Of a stretch of DNA of 64,000 bases, positions 13,687 through 24,934 are shown one piece after another (the first letter of the stretch is position 1; each line of letters opens with the position of its first letter). The stretch is from NCBI GenBank assembly GCA_024137785.1, contig JAHRHZ010000093.1, forward strand, positions 3,910,087-3,974,086, given 5' to 3'. The position numbers were made by a program, and so were the translations under genes. Under the pieces are notes generated by a model that saw nothing but the letters and a program-made list of their open reading frames with translations, was not told the DNA's origin and searched no databases. Origin of the DNA: Ginglymostoma cirratum (taxonomy: Eukaryota).

Positions 13687-14830
13687 GGAAACACGCTTTT
13701 CTGTTTGGATTTGGGATTTTCTTTTCCTTCGCTCTCCCGTCCCACCCACCCCACCCCCCCAACCCCCCAACTCTGTCTCTGCTCGCCGCCGCCGCCGCCA
13801 GAAAGCGGCTGAAGATGTTCCAAACGCACTCAAGTCTCCGCCAAGAGCGGTGCGTGAAAACACAGAGCAAAATTGCGGTGATGATATCGAACTGTGATGG
13901 GGTCCGCTTGTCTCTCTCTCTCTCACATACACACACACACACACAAACACACACACAGTTGTGGGAGGGGTAGGGAGGAGGGGGTGGGGGTGAGAGAGAG
14001 AAAGGAAGGGGAGACAGAGAGAGAGAGAGGGACGCACACACACTCACTCACTTACTACCGGTTGGTGATCCGCAGAAAGTAAAGTATTTCCTCAAACACC
14101 CCCTTCCCCCCCCCCCAAGAAGTGGGGGTCAGAAAGGGCTGGCGAGGAAGCGGTAGCAGGTGAGGTTTGACAACACAAAATTAAAACCGAGCTACCGGGC
14201 TTTGAAGCACCCAAGTGTCATCATCCAATTGGAACCACTAAGTTTATTCTCTCTCTCTCTCTCTCTCTGTGTAATATGTGTGTGTGTGTGTCTGTGTGCT
14301 AACAAACGTCGTGCCTGCCAGTCCCAGCGAATGAATGAGTAATGTTGCTCCGCCGAGTTCTTCCCTTGTGAATGATGCTGGGTTGTTTTTTTTTGGTAAG
14401 GGTTGGGGGGGGGGGGGGGGGGGGGGGTGGGGGTGGGAGGGATGCGTGTTCTCTGATCTCGGGCTGGGAAGACGGGGAGGAGGAGTGGACACAGAGGGGC
14501 TTGGTGGTGGTGGGGAGTCAGTAATGGGAGCCGATTGTCCCTGTTGGAATTCACATTTCAACAGCCCCAAAAACCGTCTCAGATACCCCACCAAATTCCT
14601 CTCTCTCCCCTAAGGCAACAAAATCTCGCCGCTTCCCCCCTCCCACACCCCCACCCGAAAGGGTCGGAGCTGCTGAGGGGGTGGGGGAAAGAGGATGGGC
14701 GATGACTACCAAATATGGCGTGGAAAGCCCCGCCCTCCCCCCTAAACCAATGGGTTGGTCTGTCTCTGTGTAATGGACAGAAGGAGCTGACAATAGGGTA
14801 AATCATGTTTTGTTCTTGTTTTCATATTTG
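13687..14830 (-). promoter_or_regulatory. EBF1 5'UTR and proximal promoter, GC/CpG-rich
   Basis: Directly upstream of the ATG; GCC repeats, GC boxes, CCAAT (~14747), CArG box CCAAATATGG (14709-14718), G/C tracts and CT/CA microsatellites. The TSS cannot be determined from sequence. Confidence 0.7.
14399..14441 (+). repeat. G23 run with flanking G-tracts (G-quadruplex-capable)
   Basis: ggg tt G23 t ggggg t ggg a ggg. Confidence 0.85.
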
Positions 14831-15397
14831 GTACAACGAAGCGGTAAAGGTACAAAGAATTTACTGTTTCAAAACGCGGACCTGTCCTGTTGGACTTTTC
14901 CTTTCCTTCTTCTGGGTTGGTCTAATGGAAAATTAAAAGGATGAAATGTTTAATGTCTTGTTGGTCTGAGCGACAGATTCTCAAACTGTCCTGGGCTTGG
15001 GCAATTTCTGAAACAAATCCCATGAGGTTGCCCGGGGTCCATTTGACTGAACTGATATCATAGAAAGCAAAAATGAAATCTATCCCCTTCCCCCCACCCC
15101 TCATAACAACTTCACATGGAGTTACAGCTCTCTGCGTAGGGACAGCTGTCAGGATACGCTGGAGCAACTTCATGGAATCTGTGCTACAGAGTTTGACAAA
15201 TGCAAAAATCGAGCTTAATGTACATATATTATACCATGCACATTGATGCTATAATATATCTATTTTGAAAACTTATTATAAAAATTAAGAAGTCCTTGGG
15301 GCAAATAATAATCAATATAATTATTTGTCATCAATGAGAGCGGTGTACAATGTAGCAGTAAGGGCTACCGTGTAGTAGATTCAGGGCCTCCAGCTAT

Positions 15398-15720
15398 TAC
15401 CACATAGCCTCCCATTACACACTACCTGTTATTGGTCACTAACAGTCCCCGTTAACAACTATTCACCCTCCCAGCCTTGATAACAAAGAGTTATCAACTC
15501 TTTGTCTGTCCAACTGTTCTTCTCTCTCTTTAGGCTCTATCCTATGGTTTACATCCTACCCCATCTCCCTCCCCTATTTTCTGCATATGAACCGACGTTT
15601 TCCCCGCCACCATCAGTTCTGAGGAAGGGTCGCCGGACCCGAAACGTTAACTCTTGTTTGTTTTTCCTTCACAGATGCTGCCAGACCTGCTGAGCTTTTC
15701 CAGCAACTTCTGTTTTTATT
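15398..15720 (+). mobile_element. Non-autonomous Penelope-like pLTR fragment (family A) with an exact 11-bp TSD
   Basis: Homologous to about 19220-19666, which follows a GIY-YIG C-terminus; flanked by cctccagctat at 15387-15397 and 15721-15731. Confidence 0.85.
15615..15652 (+). ncRNA. Minimal type I hammerhead ribozyme motif, intact core
   Basis: AGUU-CUGAGGA-A-GGGUC(GCCG)GACCC-GAAA-CGUU-AACU: stem I AGUU/AACU, perfect 5-bp stem II, palindromic ACGU stem III. Confidence 0.8.
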
Positions 15721-15803
15721 CCTCCAGCTATGAGGATGTGTCCCGGCTGGACCGGGTTGGGAGTAATGTTGAAGTGAATCCAGATAACGTATACACGCAG
15801 GTA

Positions 15804-15840
<37 letters not shown>

Positions 15841-18052
15841 GCGATTATAATGCAGAGTTTTGGTAACGATGCTGTTGCATTATGTAACTGGGTTTTTTTT
15901 TAACAAAAATTAATAGTATGTCACATCTGAATACAACCTTCGAAACACAGGACCTTATACCAAATTAGAGCACCCTACTCTGTCGGCTGATACAGGATTA
16001 ACTTGTAAAAACAATCATTTTGACACTGTTTCAGAATGCACGCATCTCTCCTTAATACAACAGGTAGCCATATGCGACGTTGTCCTGGGTTCGCCGTCTC
16101 TCCCAGTGGGTTGAGCTAAAGGCTGAAGAAGAACAGCTCTCCCCAGCTCTGGAAATGATGCCCCTTCTTCCCCCCAAACTCAACCTCTGAGGCCTCCACC
16201 CCCTCCCCACAGTGCTCAGACACTGAGATTTAGCATTTTTAAAACCCACTTTCTGCTGTTTGCAGCCTGCGGTTTAAAACCCAGTTCAAACACCTCCTCG
16301 TCAAATAAGCAACACATGCAGGAATGAAATCAGCTGTAGATACTGGTAGTTTGATCTGGTGCGTCTGTGGAAATCCTTTACAACCCTGATTTCAGGGGAA
16401 ATACTTGAACATTAACAATGGGCATGTCGCGGCGTGGGATACCTCAACCGGACTGAAAACCGGCTAAAACACGGAGTTCCAGTTGCCCCCAGCCCTGCTG
16501 TATCGAATTCGGACAGTTCTGTACTTTTGACTTGGAGGAGGAGGAGGTGGACCTGAAGGTCCAGCAAACGGATAGGGAATCGCCTTTGTGCAGATTCAGT
16601 TTTAATGTAACAGCTCCCTTTGAAACGCCAATGTGTGCAGGTAGAGGGGAAGGCGGGGGCAAAGGTTTTGAGCGGGGAGCTGGAAAGATGGCCCAGTACT
16701 AACACTTTAAACATCCAACTCCTGCTGAGGAGTAGCTTGTTGTAGACAGCGCTGGGGCTGATGTGGGTCCCATGTTGGCCACGGCTTTGTGGGTTTGAAT
16801 AGAGAGGAAGGCTGTTCGCCAGTGGGAGGGATATGAGGGTAGGGTGTGCTGTCTCGATGGAAAGCTTTTGTACAAAGGAAAACAACTACATTCCACTTTC
16901 AGGCAATATTTCCGCAGGGACCCTGAAAGGCCACATCAAATACAGGCGCAGAATCTTGTCAAATTAAATTAATCTAAATTCATTCGCAACTTGCATCATA
17001 TCTGGACAAGACTATTGTTAAACTCCCGTTAAAATCTCCAGGATCGATAACGGGAGACTGCTACTACGGCATTGTTACCCCGGGAATTTTTTTAAAAATG
17101 AATTTACTGCGAATATAGTTCTGGTTGCAACCGATTGGAAACAGAGCGGGTGTTAGCGCTTCCGCTTGTTACTGGAGCCGTTCTACACGAGAGCCACAGA
17201 GTTCCATTCTCTTTATCAAAGCTCCGGGCAGCTTTGAGAAACGATTGCGATATTTTAAATTATTTTTAAAAAAAACTTTCTTCTCTCTCGAGTTCGCACG
17301 TGAATGAAAGGTTAATATCGAATAGTTACTTTCTCTCTCTGCCCTCGAAAAGGCCACTTTATTTCAAACGTGTCAAATCTTTAAACGATAGTTACTGGTG
17401 AATAATATTGGAAATTAAGTAACTGCTTTTAGCCAATTTCAGATATCTAACCCTTCCAGAGAGGAAGGTAGAGGGTTGAATGAATTGTAACCCTGTCACT
17501 CTGTGTGCCTGCTTAGGGTGAAATAAACTTCCAAATCTCCCTCTTCAATCTGCATTGTAACTGAACAAAGTGGACATTCCCCGCGAATATTGAATTGTGT
17601 CAGGATCGTCTGACTTTTAAACATGCCAGTGGCCGATGCTCAAGGTTGTAATTTGCCCTGTGGCTGAGGGAAACGGTGCGATGGGATCTCTTCCTAAGCT
17701 AATACACCGTTTGCAGGCACCCCAAAAATCGAAGCGTTAGAAATCGCAGCGTCGTTTGGCCTTGTGTCAATTCTAAATGCCTGACTTGATTGGTTTTTGT
17801 TTGCTGCCCAGGTCGAGGTGACGGGAAGAAATTTCTGCTGGCGAAAACACAGCCCCAAATCACCCCGCGATCCGTCAGGGACCACTTTTTGTCAAGGCAG
17901 ACGGGCAAAATATCTCGCCCCGTTCGCGCAGAAAAATTGCGGGTCGCAGAAACCCAACGCAGCTCCCATATTCTCGAAACTGCTGCCGCCTTTCATTCTT
18001 CATTTGTTGTTCGTGCAGCTCTTGGTGTCTGCGGAACGGAACTCCTGTCAGC

Positions 18053-18339
18053 TCCTGGACAGTGTCCCAGCCCAGGGAGAGGGACTGGATGCTGGACAGT
18101 GTCCCAGCCCAGGGAGAGGGACTGGATCCTGCGCAATGACCCAGCCCAGGGAGAGGGACTGGATCCTGGACAGTGTCCCAGCCCAGGGAGAGGGACTGGA
18201 TCCTGCACAGTGACCCAGCCCAGGGAGAGGGACTGGATCCTGGACAGTGTCCCAGCCCAGGGAGAAGCACTGGATCCTGGACAATGATCCAGCCCAGGGA
18301 GAGGGACTGGATCCTGGACAGTGACCCAGCCCGGGGAGA
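18053..18339. repeat. Minisatellite, 37-bp unit x about 7.75
   Basis: Unit tcctggacagtg(t/a)cccagcccagggagagggactgga starts at 18053, 18090, 18127, 18164, 18201, 18238, 18275 and 18312 (partial). Confidence 0.97.
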
Positions 18340-18849
18340 CGCACTAGTCTCGACTATTTGCATTTCTTTTGATTACGTTCAAATTGAGTTGTCAAGCCGA
18401 GAGAATACAATTTTAAAAATAAAACAGCCGATCCTTTTGCGAACAAAATAGGGCAATGAGTAGAATCCTTGTTTTTAAAAAATCTTTTGGCAAACTGCAT
18501 TCACCTATCTCATCTTCAATCCGAAAGAGCCTCTCTTTAGCAAACTCAGTATCGTTTATCGAGTACCTGCTGTACCCCACAGCAGGTACAGAAAGTTCAT
18601 TTGCAATGAAAGCCCTAAGGTTCCATCAGAAAACACCTCGATATTTGAGTGAGGTTGGACAATCTGGAAAGGGGAGTGGGGTCATCTGGAAGAATAGGAG
18701 AAGGACAGCGACGGGGGGGGTGGGTGGTGGGCAATAGAGATGAAGGAACGGAACTACGGAGAGGAGGAGTGGAATGTACGCACCGGGAGAAGGGATGGGG
18801 AGCGGAGAGTTAGAGACAGTATCGGCGAGAGAGCATTCTGTGCGTAAGC

Positions 18850-18864
18850 GCGCCATCTAACGGC
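18850..18864 (-). promoter_or_regulatory. Candidate CTCF site
   Basis: Minus strand GCCGTTAGATGGCGC versus consensus CCAC(C/T)AG(A/G)(T/G)GGCGC, 2 mismatches. Confidence 0.45.
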
Positions 18865-19109
18865 TGGCTGCACCCAATACACTGCAAGAAAGTCATCCCA
18901 AAACTTGGAGCCATCCTGCCCACGCTGTCATTAGCAAGATACGATCAAATGAAAGTGTCTGAAGAAAGAGGAAATGTTTGATAAGAATCAAACGTACTGT
19001 GATTAGCGTCTCGTTGGCGATTCCCATACACGTTTTGTCAAGACTTCTTTTGAAGACATGTAACCAAGGCCACTAACGCCAACTACCGGGAATCCGATTC
19101 CGCAAAATC

Positions 19110-19666
19110 CTCATTTTCCGCTTGGGGACCCTGCTGCCCTGCGGACTCAATATCGAGTTCAATAATTTTAGGACCTAAGTTCTCCCATGTCCCACCCCCT
19201 ACCCCACACACCAGGCCTTGTTACCATATAGCATGCCATTACACACTACCTGTTATTAGACACTAACAGACCCCATTAACAAGTATTCACCCTCCCAGAG
19301 ATAGTAGGAACTGCCGATGCTGGAGAATCTGAGATTACAAGGTGTAGAGCTGGATGAACACAGCAGGCCAAGCAGCATCAGAGGAGTAGGAAAGCTAAAG
19401 TTTCGGGTCTGGACCCTTCTTCAGAAATTCACTATCCCAGCCTGATCGTTATCAACTCCTTTATCTATCCAACACTCTTTTCGGGCTCTATCCTGTCGTT
19501 TATTCCCTACCCCATCTCCCTCCCCTTTTCTTCTGCATATAAACTGACTTTTTCCCAGCTACCAAGAGTTAGGAGGAAGGGTCACCAGACCCGAAACGTT
19601 AACTCTTTTTTTTTCTTCACAGATGCAGCCAGACCTGCTGAGCTTTTCCAGCAACTTGTGTTTTTG
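19110..19666 (+). mobile_element. 5'-truncated Penelope-like element (family A): GIY-YIG C-terminal tail plus pLTR with a mutated hammerhead
   Basis: 19110-19178 encodes LIFRLGTLLPCGLNIEFNNFRT*, matching the PLE GIY-YIG terminal motif L.TL.P.GLN. The hammerhead at 19566-19605 has CUGA changed to AGGA. Confidence 0.85.
19299..19426 (-). mobile_element. Second short PLE-derived repeat (family B) nested in family A, with a degenerate hammerhead
   Basis: Absent from the homologous copy near 15461-15480; flanked by attcaccctcccag and attcactatcccag; minus strand reads CUGAAGA-A-GGGUC(CA)GACCC-GAAA-CUUU. Confidence 0.8.
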
Positions 19667-19799
19667 TTCCACAAACACCCAAACGCTTACAAAATTGAAT
19701 CAATTTCGAATGTATTGTTTCCTAAAAGAAGAGTTCAGGAATCAAACAGAAGCGAAGGAAAGCAGACAAGAGATTTACTGAGATAGAATAGCAAGATAG

Positions 19800-20930
19800 T
19801 TCAGAAACCAAAACAAATGAATAATCAGCAGGGATGTCAAAAGGGCAAGTCTTGCTTGGTCAACCTCATCCGATTTTCTTTGAAGAGGTAAGAAAGTAGA
19901 TGAAAGCAATACAGTAGATGTAACATATCCAGATTTCCTTTAATAAGTTACTACGTGGTAGACAAGTAAATGAAGTTGGGGAAGGTGGAGACAAAGCACA
20001 CATATCAGAATGGACGGTTAGCTGGATGAAGGATAAAAATCAGAGAGTAGGCGTCAAGTGTAGCCATTCATAGTAGCCAAGAGCAGGAAATGTGATTCCT
20101 CAAGGATCAATGCTGGGCTAATGTTATACGCAATTCGTAGCAATAATTTAGATTTTGAAATCAAACAAAATTGCATTTGACACTGAGGAAGCCTTTAACA
20201 AATTAGAAGACATGAATAAACTTTCAGAATTGATTTATAATTGGTAAATTAATTTCAACCAGGTGAGTGTAGGCTTTTACTTTCTCCTAAGAGAAATAAG
20301 GAGGGTAGTATTTAATTGAGCTGGAGAGGAGGACAGGGATCTAGAAGAGCTAACTTCCAAATTCCTGAACCTCTGATAAAGCTGAATAAAGCCTTAAATA
20401 AAAGAAAACAGCCCAAGTACTGCGTTGGGTTTACTGTGGTGGGATGTAATTGAAAAGCGGAGAAGTGACACTAAACTTATATAAAACCTCACATTTGGGG
20501 CAATGCGGGCAATTCTGATAGCCATATAATAAGCAGTACATAGAGGCACTGCAGAAGGTGTAAAAACAAATAAAAGGATGATATCAGAAATACAAGGTTA
20601 TACCTGTTAGGGAAGAATGATCAGGCTGTTTACCCTCGAATGAGAAAGCAAAGAGATGACCGATTGGAAGTCTTTAAAATTGGTAATGCTTTGCTCGATT
20701 AGATTTAGTGTGTTTCCACTCGTGAACGAGATCAAAACGAGATGTCATCAATATAAGATAGTCACCAAGAAATGAAATCGGCAATTCAGAAGAAGCTCCT
20801 TTATTCAGAAATGGAGAAAATGTGGAACTCATTCCCCCACAAGGAATAGCTAAGGTGAATGGTACAGATGTAAGTAAAGGCAATATAGTCAAGCCCATGA
20901 GATAAAAAGGAATAGAAGGAGTATATTACT
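19800..20930 (+). mobile_element. Decayed CR1-type LINE, RT region and 3' end
   Basis: gggcaagtcttgcttggtcaacctcat...gtagatgtaacatatccagatttc...gattcctcaaggatcaatgctggg, i.e. remnants of SCLTNL, VDV.Y.DF and VPQGS.LG. Confidence 0.8.
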
Positions 20931-21479
20931 GGCGTTCAACAAGGAACTTGTTGTAAGAGCTAACATTTAAATTTATAGAGATACAAATACACACTATTTT
21001 GTGAGATTACAAAAACAAGCACACATAGATATACATGTATGCTTTCTTATATATATATAGGACAGCCTATGCATTTATACTGTTACCTAAGTAAGAAACT
21101 GAAAGTATAGAACAAATACAGCAATAACTTCTAGGAAGAGAACAAATTAACAATTGAATGCGCATTTCTATCTATGACTGGTAAGGACTGTTGACAGACA
21201 AATGAACCACTTTTATAGGACTAACCAAAAAGGAATAGGGATCAGAATAAGAAAAAGCCAAGGAGCAAGTATTTGTTTTCTATCAAGAACATACTAATAA
21301 GAAACAAGAATAGGTTACTCGGCTATTCGAGCCCGCTCGGCTACTCAACAAGATCATGGTTTCAACCTCAACTCTACATTCCTGCATTTCCCCAATAATC
21401 TTTCATCCCGTTCGAAAATCGAGAATCTATCCAGTTCTGCTTCTAAAATATTTAGACATCACCTGGCGCAGTCAATAGA

Positions 21480-21900
21480 TTTTAATGATTGTAAAAAAAA
21501 ATGCAGTGAGAAGATTTAAAAGAGGTGGATGATGTAGCAGTGTGATCTCAAGTTAGAAAGTGAAACAGCATTAATAAGTTTAAAAATAAAAACAGCTCCA
21601 GAGACTGCTTTGGAAAATCAATGAGAGAAAAGGCCAAGAGAACAGGGAGACAGCTGAGGTCTGGAAGTTGCTGTGGTCAGTAGTAGCAACAGAGAGAAGG
21701 ACACAGCTCCTAAAGCTGGTGATGAATGTGTTTGAGGAGCTACAGAGGGCTAAAGGCTGGAAGGTTTGATGGGAACTGAGCCAAGTTATGTTGAGTGCTG
21801 AGGCATTTGGATGGAGTCGAGGGTAGAGATATCCAGTGTTGCGGTCAAACAAGCTGCCTTTGGTCTACGGCTGAAAGGAGACTGTAAGTGTTTACTTGAT
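21480..21900 (-). mobile_element. Decayed L2-like LINE fragment
   Basis: Purine-rich plus strand with L2-like wording; similar tracts near 28850-28990 and 50520-50830. Confidence 0.4.
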
Positions 21901-22946
21901 TCTGACGAATCAAATCTTCCGGCAGTCCAGATGTCTTTTTTTGTCTCTCCCCCAACACCCATGCACACACCCTTTTGCATTCCGATTTCCCGAGCACTAA
22001 TTTTCTCTCTCAATGCTTTGGGCTCAATAGATGGGATTAAGTTGCGCTTCATGAGTCTCCAAGTTTAGGACGAACACTTGGGAGAATAAAGCGCAGGATG
22101 GGGTAGTCCGATGGTATTTTGGCAAGGGGCTGAGGGCTAAGTGCTGAATGTTATCCTGGCCTTTCTCTCTGCAGCTCCATTTCCCAGCGGCTGTGCCGGG
22201 GTATGATCACCTCCTCATTCCCATATCAACACTGACCTCCAGCGGCTGAGCTTGGGTATGACAAAGAGGGGACTCAGAAGGAGAGCTGAGATTGACGAGG
22301 TGCTCAGAGTGCATTTTAACCTGTGCACCTGAATGAGCGTTTAACGAGCTGGGCTCCGGATCGATTGAAAACCACCACCATCCCCTCCCCTTCAAAACCT
22401 CCCCAGCTCTTCCCTCATCCAATTCCATATTTCAACCCTCAGCTTGAACACCTTTGTTATTAGACTCGAGAATTCAAGTATCTGGGGGGTGGGGAGACAC
22501 CAAGCTTTTATTGATTTTTTTTAGGAGGTCTTAAATTTCTCCTTACTTTAAAAGTAATACACAAGCCCCTGTTTCGTAAGGAGACACAGTTCTAATGTAC
22601 TATCCCTGTAATTTTACCAAGACAAGACGAAAATTCAGTCGAGCGCAAACTGCATGTACAGACTCTGTGAGTGAGATGGTTTGGAAATGGAAAGTAAGGA
22701 TGGTGTCAGGACTCGGTGTCGGTATCAAACGAAAGGAAGCATCAGGACCTCCCTGGTCTGCGTCCCACAGTGCGTCTAAACGCCATAGCCCTCACTGAAC
22801 CGCAATTAGCCTACACCAGCTATCCGCTCCCTTCAGAACGCCTCGTTCTGCTCAAAGGCTGATACATGTGTCTACAAATACTTTCATGAACGTGGGGGCT
22901 GTTTGGGAGAGTCACAAAGCTTTCAGAAATATAAAGTTCTCTTGGG

Positions 22947-23042
22947 ACAAAAACAGAAATCTCTGGCGAAGCTCAGCAGGTCCGGCAGTGGGAAATCAGC
23001 GGAGTTAACTTTTCCGAGTCCGGTGACCCGCCATCGGAATTT
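22947..23042 (-). mobile_element. Degenerate family A pLTR/hammerhead remnant
   Basis: acaaaaacagaaatctctggcgaagctcagcaggtccggcag...gagttaacttttccgagtccggtgacccgccatcggaa. Confidence 0.75.
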
Positions 23043-24934
23043 CTGTCCGCTTGAAACAGCCAGGCTAGTAGAGCCGAAAGCTGAGTTCTTTTTCCCGGGT
23101 CCGTCACTCTGTCTGGTCGCAAGGCTGCCCCGCTATCCCTCCCAATCCTAAATTATAACAAAATACACAAGGGAATTTGTGTGGGCAAACAGATAAATGG
23201 AGGAAGGGAAATCAAACACAGCTCTGGGATATTAGTTGCTCGCTGTAAATAGTCATCGTTTGCAAACACACACAACCCAGCGGCTAAATAGTGCACAGCC
23301 ATCTCCCGCAAACAACGACATAGAAGATTTGGGCGATGCTGGTTTGTAGGACACTAGTTCGAACTCGGGTGCAGCACTGTCCTTGCTCCTTCTTCCCCAG
23401 GGGTCTCCGATTTCCTGTAGAGACTGGTATTTTGTCCAGGCAACTCCCCGCAACCCCCTTCGCCGAGGGTAGAATTTGTCTAGCGCCTGTCAGCGACTTT
23501 AGCATTAACGACTAACTGCACTCACAGCTTTGATGTGGGGCGGGGGGAGGGGGGCGGTGTGGTTAGCCAGGTACAACAAACAAAACTAAGGCCAGGCGAG
23601 TTTAAAAAGAAGCTGCCCTGAAGAGCAATTTCCATCGGAAGATCTAATGTATTCCTCAACAAAACCTGTTGACAGCCAGGCTATGCAGCCCTAATGACTC
23701 TGTCCCAAACAGGGTGACGCCTGTCCGATTCCCTACCAACTGGTCACACGGTTCGAGGCCATATCTGCCTGGATTGGTTAGCTATATAAGCCTGAGCACG
23801 ATGGAGGGAAGTTAGAAAACTATTTAAATGCTGAGCAACTCATCGCAGAATACCATCATCCCTCGGAGAAATAACAGCGAGAGAAACCCAGCAAGCCTAG
23901 CAGCATCTGCAGGGAGAGGGAAATGATTAAAATTGCGGGTCATGAACATTTAGAGACACATTTGAAATTTTGCAAACGTGTCGAGCTCCCATTTGCGTTG
24001 TGCACTTAAACAACAATTCCATTTTGCTCAAAAAAGAAATATCCTTTACATGAGGACGGTGGAAAAGTGGTGTATTTTTGTTTTCTGACGATCAAAAAGC
24101 TTTAGCTAAAGTAAGACAATTGCCCCAGCCGTAATCCCAGGCCCCCTTCTGTACACTGTCTGTTGCACAGATCTGATGGAGCAAAAACAGAATGGCTCAT
24201 GTACACAAGTGCAAACTCAACGTTGATTTCGATGTCTCACTGCATTCATTCTGTCCACATCCCCATTATGTTTGGAACCATTTCTACGGAGACTGGGAGA
24301 CAAAGAGCTCAGACCTTCTGCCCTGTCACTGAATCCAAAGAAATGACTATTAGAGATGCCCGGAAGTCACTGCTGAGGAATATAGACCCAAGGTCTCGAG
24401 GATTCCCCTTTATTTTACTACAGCCTCTGATTTCTTCAGTGCCCCGGTGACAACAGGAAGCAATCTGGGTGAAGTGTAGGTTCTGTAATATAGCATTCTG
24501 GTATGAATGGGTCCTGGCGTTAATGCAGCAAAGACACACAATTTAGGTGACCCTCGTTAAACCCGTGCCCCAGAAGGAAGGCAGATCGATTTTTTATTCT
24601 GTTCAGTACCCACCCCCACCGCATCACATCTTCACTTTGAATCTTTCAGCTGAGAAGCTTGTTAAATTCAACCACTGTGCGGTAAGGTGAAAGTAAATAT
24701 CGAAATTACTCCCCAGACAGGAGCCTGTGCACAGTTGTCAGAAAGAGTTTGAAACGCTGGTTTCTTAAAAAGAGGCATCACAGATCCGAAGCCATTCACC
24801 AGAGGACCCGGGTTCACCCCAATATTAACAGCCCAGTGGCGCCGCCTTTCGATCGAACCCAGCATCACATCCATGACAGCACCACAAGAACTTCCCTCCC
24901 CCACGCACCCCCAATTCCGCTAATTTTGTCCTCG

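Noticed and set aside
13307-14047. 246-aa ORF and the 164-aa N-terminal extension of EBF1
   Set aside because: Both begin at non-ATG codons inside GT/CT microsatellites and give low-complexity translations. Only 13686-13553 matches EBF1.
18053-18339. CRISPR-like array, or the repetitive ORFs (17790..18287 and others) as genes
   Set aside because: The 37-bp units are contiguous with no unique spacers, the context is eukaryotic with no cas genes, and the ORFs are open in many frames only because the unit has few stop codons.
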